Origin: Thermostichales cyanobacterium HHBFW_bins_127
GTDB taxonomy: Bacteria > Cyanobacteriota > Cyanobacteriia > Thermostichales > Thermostichaceae
Length of the DNA stretch: 64,000 bases
Assembly: GCA_039794745.1 (NCBI GenBank)
Contig: JAUQVP010000001.1
Location: 20,710-84,709 of the forward strand
Direction of reading: 5' to 3'
In this document: in pieces, positions 58,062 to 64,000 of the stretch
How positions within the stretch are numbered: position 1 is the first letter of the stretch
How the letters are laid out: each line of letters opens with the position of its first letter
Notes under the pieces: model-generated
The model's database searches: none
The model's input: only the letters and a program-made list of their open reading frames with translations
Told to the model about the DNA's origin: nothing
Position numbers and translations under genes: made by a program

Positions 58062-59474
58062 TTAGAGCAATTCTCGCACATCCACCACCGCCCCCTTGAT
58101 AGCTGCCGCCGCCACCATGGCCGGACTCATCAATAGGGTGCGCCCGGAGGCCGACCCCTGCCGCCCCTTAAAGTTGCGATTCGACGAGGAAGCACTCAAC
58201 TGCCGCCCCTGCAATTTGTCGGGGTTCATCGCCAAACACATGGAACAACCGGGATCCCGCCATTCAAAGCCGGCGGCCAAAAAGATCTCGTGCAGTCCTT
58301 CCGCTTCCGCCTGTTGCTTGACTTGCTCAGAGCCAGGTACCACAAAAGCCTTGACCCCAGGGGCCACCCGTCGCCCTTGGGCCACTTTGGCTGCCTCCCG
58401 CAAATCACTAAGGCGACCGTTGGTGCAACTGCCAATAAAACACACATCCACCTTGGTCCCCAACAGGGGCTGCCCCGGCCGCACATCCATATACTCATAG
58501 GCCTCTTGGGCCAAGGCCCGCTCGCTTTCCGGCAACTCTTCCAAAGTCGGCACCGGCGCATCCACAGGGATCCCTTGGCCGGGGGTAATGCCCCAGGTGA
58601 CCGTGGGGGGAATCGCGGTTCCATCCATGACCACCACATCGTCATAGACCGCATCCGGGTCACTGCGCAGGCTTTCCCACCAGGCCAGCGCCTCCTGCCA
58701 GCGGGATCCCTGGGGGGCAAACTCCCGTCCTTGCAGGTAGGCGTAGGTGACGGCGTCGGGGTTGACATAGCCACAGCGGGCTCCCCCTTCGATGGCCATA
58801 TTGCAGACGGTCATGCGTTCTTCCATGGTCATCTGGGCAAAGGTGCTGCCGGCAAATTCATAGGCATAGCCCACCCCCCCCTTGACGCCGAGGGTGCGAA
58901 TGATGTGCAAAATCACATCCTTGGCGTAGACCCCAGTGCCCAAGGGGCCGTTGACCTCGATTTTGCGCACCTTCAGCTTATTGAGAGCCAAAGTCTGGGA
59001 AGCTAGCACATCCCGCACCTGACTGGTGCCAATGCCAAAGGCAATCGCCCCAAAAGCCCCGTGGGTGGAGGTATGGCTGTCGCCGCAGGCAATGGTCATC
59101 CCCGGCTGGGTCAACCCCTGTTCTGGGGCAATCACATGCACAATCCCCTGCCGCCCCGAACCGGCAGGGTAAAAACGGATGCCAAACTCCTGACAGTTGG
59201 CTTCCAGGGCTTGGATCATGGCTTCTGCCAGATCATCCTGGAAGGGGCGCTGGCGTCCATCCGTAGGAATAATGTGATCCACCGTCGCCACCGTCCGCTC
59301 CGGAAATGCCACCTTGAGCCCCCGCTGCCGCAGCATCGCAAACGCCTGGGGACTGGTCACCTCATGAATTAAATGCAGCCCGATAAAAAGCTGGGTCTGC
59401 CCAGAGGGCAAGATGCCAACGGTATGCTGCTGCCAAACTTTGTCGTAGAGGGTACCAGAACTCATAGGGGCCAA
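58062..59474 (-). CDS. leuC: 3-isopropylmalate dehydratase large subunit
   Basis: 470 aa. LYDKVWQQH..., aconitase-family Fe-S ligand cysteines (GSCTNGR, CSMC). Typical LeuC length. Confidence 0.9.
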   Translation of the reverse strand: MAPMSSGTLYDKVWQQHTVGILPSGQTQLFIGLHLIHEVTSPQAFAMLRQRGLKVAFPERTVATVDHIIPTDGRQRPFQDDLAEAMIQALEANCQEFGIRFYPAGSGRQGIVHVIAPEQGLTQPGMTIACGDSHTSTHGAFGAIAFGIGTSQVRDVLASQTLALNKLKVRKIEVNGPLGTGVYAKDVILHIIRTLGVKGGVGYAYEFAGSTFAQMTMEERMTVCNMAIEGGARCGYVNPDAVTYAYLQGREFAPQGSRWQEALAWWESLRSDPDAVYDDVVVMDGTAIPPTVTWGITPGQGIPVDAPVPTLEELPESERALAQEAYEYMDVRPGQPLLGTKVDVCFIGSCTNGRLSDLREAAKVAQGRRVAPGVKAFVVPGSEQVKQQAEAEGLHEIFLAAGFEWRDPGCSMCLAMNPDKLQGRQLSASSSNRNFKGRQGSASGRTLLMSPAMVAAAAIKGAVVDVRELL

Positions 59475-59560
59475 AGGATTTTGTCATCGGGGTCTACCAT
59501 TCTATCCTGAAAACCTAGGCCACTTGCAGCCCCCAGGGATACAATAGGGATCCCCAATGG

Positions 59561-60619
59561 TTGCCCTTGTTGCTGACTATGCTGAGTGCTGCTTTGCGGG
59601 AACGCCTGGCGCAGCCCTTGCAGGTGGGATCCCTAAAGCTGAACAGCCGGGTATTTCAGGCGCCCTTGTCGGGGGTGACGGATTTGGTGTTTCGCCGTTT
59701 GGTGCGCCGTTTTGCCCCTGCTAGCCCGGTGTATACGGAGATGGTCAATGCCACGGGTCTGCACTACGGGCGGGAGCGGCCGCGGATTATGGAAGTCGAT
59801 CCGGGAGAGACCCCGGTGGGGATCCAGTTGTTTGATTGTCGCCCGGATTTTTTGGCGGAGGCGGCCCGTATGGCCGTTGAGGAAGGGGCAGACCTGGTTG
59901 ATATCAATATGGGTTGTCCGGTCAATAAGATCACCAAAAACGGGGGGGGATCTTCCCTGCTGCGGGATCCGGAAACGGCGGTGCGGATTGTCAAGGCGGT
60001 GGTGGCAGCCAGTGCCAAACCCGTGACCGTCAAGACCCGCTTGGGCTGGAATGACAGCGAGATCAATATCCTTGATTTTGCCCTGCGGCTGCAGGATGCC
60101 GGGGCGCAACTGCTGACCCTGCATGCCCGTACCCGTGCCCAAGGGTTTGATGGCCCGGCCCGTTGGGAATGGATTGCTAAAGTCAAAGAAAAACTGTCCA
60201 TCCCCGTGATTGCCAATGGGGATATTTTTTCGGTGGAGGCGGCCATTCGCTGTCTGGAGCAAACCGGAGCCGATGGGGTGATGTGTTCCCGGGGCACCAT
60301 GGGCAACCCCTTTCTAGTGGGGGAAATTGACTATGCCCTCAAAACCGGGGAAGTCCTGCCCCCCCCCTCGGTGCGCACCCGCCTCCAGGTGGCCATGGAG
60401 CATCTGCGGGGCCTGTGGGAGTACAAAGGGCAGGCGGGTGTCCGCCAAGCCCGTAAACACCTGACCTGGTACCTGAAAGGGATCCCCCATGCGGCTCAGT
60501 TTCGCGCCCGCTTGGCCCAAATAGAATCGGTGGCGGAGGGGGAGGCCTGGCTTCAGCAAGCAATCCTGGCGGCTGAGGCAGATTCCTGTCAGCAAAACGG
60601 GGTGAAAACGGTAGGATAG
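59561..60619 (+). CDS. tRNA dihydrouridine synthase (DusB-like)
   Basis: 352 aa. Dus motifs VFQAPLSGVTDLVFRRL, INMGCPVNKITKNGGGSSLL and FMN-binding TIM barrel signatures. Confidence 0.8.
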   Translation: MPLLLTMLSAALRERLAQPLQVGSLKLNSRVFQAPLSGVTDLVFRRLVRRFAPASPVYTEMVNATGLHYGRERPRIMEVDPGETPVGIQLFDCRPDFLAEAARMAVEEGADLVDINMGCPVNKITKNGGGSSLLRDPETAVRIVKAVVAASAKPVTVKTRLGWNDSEINILDFALRLQDAGAQLLTLHARTRAQGFDGPARWEWIAKVKEKLSIPVIANGDIFSVEAAIRCLEQTGADGVMCSRGTMGNPFLVGEIDYALKTGEVLPPPSVRTRLQVAMEHLRGLWEYKGQAGVRQARKHLTWYLKGIPHAAQFRARLAQIESVAEGEAWLQQAILAAEADSCQQNGVKTVG

Positions 60620-60644
60620 AAGCACCTGACTGGTCGGGGCCGCT

Positions 60645-61679
60645 ATGACCACTGTGGATGTTGCCATCGTTGGGGCCGGGGTTGCCGGATTGACCTGTGC
60701 CCGACAGTTGCAGCGGCGAGGATTACAGGTGCTGGTGCTGGAAAAATCAAAGGGGGTGGGGGGGCGGGTGGCCACCCGCCGGGTGGGAGAGGCAGCTATC
60801 CCTGTTGACCACGGCTGCCAGTACCTCACCGCCGATACCGATGGCTTCCACCGCCTGCTCAAAGACTACTTGGCCCAAGGGATCCTGGTGGAATGGACCC
60901 GCACCCTCTATACCCTGGATGCCAATGGCTTGCACCCCGACCCCCTCGATGACCACCGCCCCCGCTATATCTGCCCCCAAGGCATGTCCGGCTTCGCCAA
61001 AGCCCTCGCCCAAGGGATCCCGATGCAGTTGGAAGTGCGCATCCAGGGCATCGAACCGGGATCCCGTTGGCGGCTGTGGAGTGAGGGGGGGGAGTGGTTT
61101 GCCCGGGCTGTGGTTTTGGCTTTGCCGGCGCCGCAGATTTTGCCGCTGCTGCAGCCCTGGATTGGGGAGTATCCCAACTTTGCTAGCCTGCTGGAATCGG
61201 CCAGTTATAGCTCCTGTCTGAGTGTTTTAGCGGGCTATGGCCCCCAGCCCCTGCCGGTTTGGCGCGGGATCAAATGTTTCGGGGATCCGGAGTTGGCTTG
61301 GATTGCCCTGGACAGCAGTAAGCGCTCCGCCCCAAGTGCTCCGGTGGTGGTGGTGCAGTCGACAGCCGATTTGGCGGCCCAGTATGGGGACGCCGACCCA
61401 ACCACCCTAGAGCAGGTGGGACGCCAGCTCCTGACCAAAGTGGGGCAGCGGTTGCAGCCCTGGTTGGGATCCCCCCAGTGGTTGCAGGTGCATCGCTGGC
61501 GCTATGCCTTTGCCCAGGAGACTGTTGGGGTGACCAGTTTGGCGACAGCTATGCCTCTGCCCTTAGTCTGTGCCGGAGATTGGTGTGCTGGGTCGCGGGT
61601 GGAGGGGGCTTGGCTTTCCGGGCAGGAGGCGGCGGAGCAAGTGCTGCAGTTACTGATGCAGCGGGCCAAGTTGGTTTGA
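60645..61679 (+). CDS. NAD(P)/FAD-dependent oxidoreductase (renalase/amine-oxidase-like)
   Basis: 344 aa. N-terminal dinucleotide-binding VAIVGAGVAGLTCA...VLEKSKGVGGR. Confidence 0.6.
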   Translation: MTTVDVAIVGAGVAGLTCARQLQRRGLQVLVLEKSKGVGGRVATRRVGEAAIPVDHGCQYLTADTDGFHRLLKDYLAQGILVEWTRTLYTLDANGLHPDPLDDHRPRYICPQGMSGFAKALAQGIPMQLEVRIQGIEPGSRWRLWSEGGEWFARAVVLALPAPQILPLLQPWIGEYPNFASLLESASYSSCLSVLAGYGPQPLPVWRGIKCFGDPELAWIALDSSKRSAPSAPVVVVQSTADLAAQYGDADPTTLEQVGRQLLTKVGQRLQPWLGSPQWLQVHRWRYAFAQETVGVTSLATAMPLPLVCAGDWCAGSRVEGAWLSGQEAAEQVLQLLMQRAKLV

Positions 61680-61704
61680 GAGAGTGGTAGACTGAGTTTT
61701 CTAG

Positions 61705-62718
<1,014 letters not shown>

Positions 62719-62723
62719 CCCCT

Positions 62724-63011
62724 ATGGCCGATCCCCAAGTCAAAGCCCTGGCCCAAATCCTGGCCCCCTACCGTAGCCTGCGGCTGTGGATCTATGGGGT
62801 GGCAGGGACGTCCGGGGTGATCGGTGGCCTGATCTTTTTGCTGCAAGCTCTGGCGGGGCGACACCTAGCCACAACCCTACCTAACCTGGCCCTACAAGTG
62901 GGGATTGTCAGCCTCTGCGCTTGGCTCTGGCGCTGGGAAAAGCAACGGCAAGCCCGCCAGGAAGAACGCATCGCCCAAAAATTAGCCCAAAAACGGGCTC
63001 GCCAATCCTAA
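62724..63011 (+). CDS. small hypothetical membrane protein (2 TM)
   Basis: About 95 aa from MADPQV. The ATG lies 5 nt after the ilvC stop. Two hydrophobic helices and a basic C-terminal tail. Confidence 0.35.
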   Translation: MADPQVKALAQILAPYRSLRLWIYGVAGTSGVIGGLIFLLQALAGRHLATTLPNLALQVGIVSLCAWLWRWEKQRQARQEERIAQKLAQKRARQS

Positions 63012-63034
63012 AGATCCCGGCTACAAGGGGAATT

Positions 63035-63538
63035 ATGCCCCTGGGAAAAGTCCACGACCGTATTACCCTCTGCACCCTGCCTTTGGTGACCCTGCTGGCG
63101 GGGCTGGTGGGGGGGGCTGCCATGGCCTTGGCGGTGGGGGGGGGATATTTGTTTGCTGGGTTGATGTTTGCCGGCGACTTAGACACCTATTCCCGGCAGT
63201 ACCGGCGTTGGTTGTGGCTCCGCTGGATCTGGATCCCTTACCAGAAGCTGTGTCGCCATCGTTCCTTTTGGTCCCACGGCCCCATCGTCGGTACCCTGGG
63301 CCGACTGCTCTATCTGGGGATCTGGCTGCTGGGGATCCCGGGGTTGGTGTGGGGGGTGGGGTATTGGTGGGGGTGGTGGGGGATCCCGGGGCAGGGGTGG
63401 TGGGATTGGTTGGTGGCGCAGCGTTGGCATGGGGTGGGGATTGGGTTGGGGTTGGAGTTGGGGTCCTTAAGCCATAGTTTGAGTGACCAGCTGGGCTCGG
63501 CGTGGAAGGGTTGGCGGAAGGGACGGCAGCGTTTTTGA
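63035..63538 (+). CDS. membrane protein with conserved N-terminal HDRIT motif (DUF2227/YdjM-like metal-binding?) and Trp/Gly-rich C-terminal half
   Basis: About 167 aa from MPLGKVHDRITLCTLPLV. The family guess is from memory and is weak. The C-terminal half (GVGYWWGWWGIPGQGWWDWLVAQRWHGVGIGLGLELG) is encoded by a G-run-rich DNA tract. Confidence 0.35.
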   Translation: MPLGKVHDRITLCTLPLVTLLAGLVGGAAMALAVGGGYLFAGLMFAGDLDTYSRQYRRWLWLRWIWIPYQKLCRHRSFWSHGPIVGTLGRLLYLGIWLLGIPGLVWGVGYWWGWWGIPGQGWWDWLVAQRWHGVGIGLGLELGSLSHSLSDQLGSAWKGWRKGRQRF

Positions 63539-63579
63539 GTTGTTGGGATGGCGTACACTAAGGGCAGCTTGGGAAGCAC

Positions 63580-64000
63580 CATGATTCGAGAAGAGACCAT
63601 CAGCCGCAGTGAGCTGCATGAGTTGATCCGCACCCAACTGCGGGCTTTGCTGGAGCAGAACAACCTGGAGGGGGCTAAGGCCCTGTTGAAGCCGATTCAG
63701 GCACCGGACATTGCCGAGGCCATTGAGGATCTGCCGGAAGCGATGCAGGCGATTGCTTTTCGCTTGCTTTCCAAAGACGAAGCCATTGAGGTCTATGAGC
63801 ATTTGGATACTTCCGTCCAGCAGGCTTTGATCGAGGATTTCAAGCGCCAGGATGTGCTGGACATTGTGGATAAGATGTCCCCGGATGATCGGGCGCGGTT
63901 GTTTGAGGAATTGCCGGCCAAGGTGGTGACGCGCCTGTTAGATCAGCTCAGCCCCGAGGAGCGCCAAGCCACTGCTGATTTGCTGGGTTATCGGCCTAAC
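63580..64000 (+). CDS. mgtE: magnesium transporter MgtE (N-terminal part; gene continues beyond window end)
   Basis: ATG at 63580. The MgtE_N domain pattern is LLKPIQAPDIAEAIEDLPEAMQAIAFRLLSKDEAIEVYEHLD...DKMSPDDRARLFEELP. No stop occurs before position 64000. Confidence 0.75.

Noticed and set aside
59633-60306. Minus-strand ORFs (209 and 180 aa) inside the dus gene
   Set aside because: They are antisense to a gene with clear Dus motifs and have an Arg/Gly/Pro-rich composition.

Overview
64-kb chromosomal segment of a cyanobacterium. The evidence for that call: an unannotated psbM between yidD and a VOC gene, cyanobacterial-type gvp, sigma-factor and ComFB genes, roughly 60% GC, and a hyper-abundant palindromic octamer GGGATCCC that looks like a HIP1-type signature with a GATC core. 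Most of the window is housekeeping: cysS, lepA, serA, a sigA-like sigma-70, proS, mutS, lpxB, leuC plus an IDH-type isopropylmalate/isocitrate dehydrogenase, ilvC, grx-gshB, glk, yidD, dus and mgtE (the 3' end of mgtE lies beyond the window). Accessory content is interleaved with these. (1) A compact gas-vesicle locus gvpA - gvpC-like - gvpN - gvpJ on the minus strand (9.4-12.5 kb), flanked by AT-rich spacers and lacking the usual gvpF/G/K/L/V/W assembly genes. (2) A roughly 1.3-kb low-GC island (19.6-20.9 kb) whose coding strand is extremely A+C-rich, carrying an HExxH (DUF2201_N-like) metallopeptidase ORF followed by low-complexity CA-rich sequence. (3) A REC-only response regulator plus a 1030-aa hybrid histidine kinase. 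(4) A GH57 glucan enzyme, an amino-acid ABC transporter and an SPFH protein. (5) A DUF1778/GNAT (TacA/TacT-like) toxin-antitoxin pair with a clean sigma-70-like promoter. (6) A 1244-aa zinc-ribbon/Ser-Thr-kinase/TPR/WD40 protein, and ComFB. (7) A probable sulfide/persulfide-handling cluster: SulP transporter, YgaP-like rhodanese and ETHE1-like persulfide dioxygenase, with a divergent ArsR/BigR-like regulator and an operator-like inverted repeat. Also noted: a small His/Gly-rich protein built from 30-bp tandem repeats next to an orphan metal ABC permease, a two-copy ~37-nt dispersed element carrying a conserved mini-ORF (MET-E...), and several 10-17-bp tandem duplications in spacers. A G-quadruplex-prone coding tract is noted as well. 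No rRNA, tRNA, CRISPR array, transposase or integrase was recognised. All calls rest on reading the translations and sequence by eye; no database search was possible.
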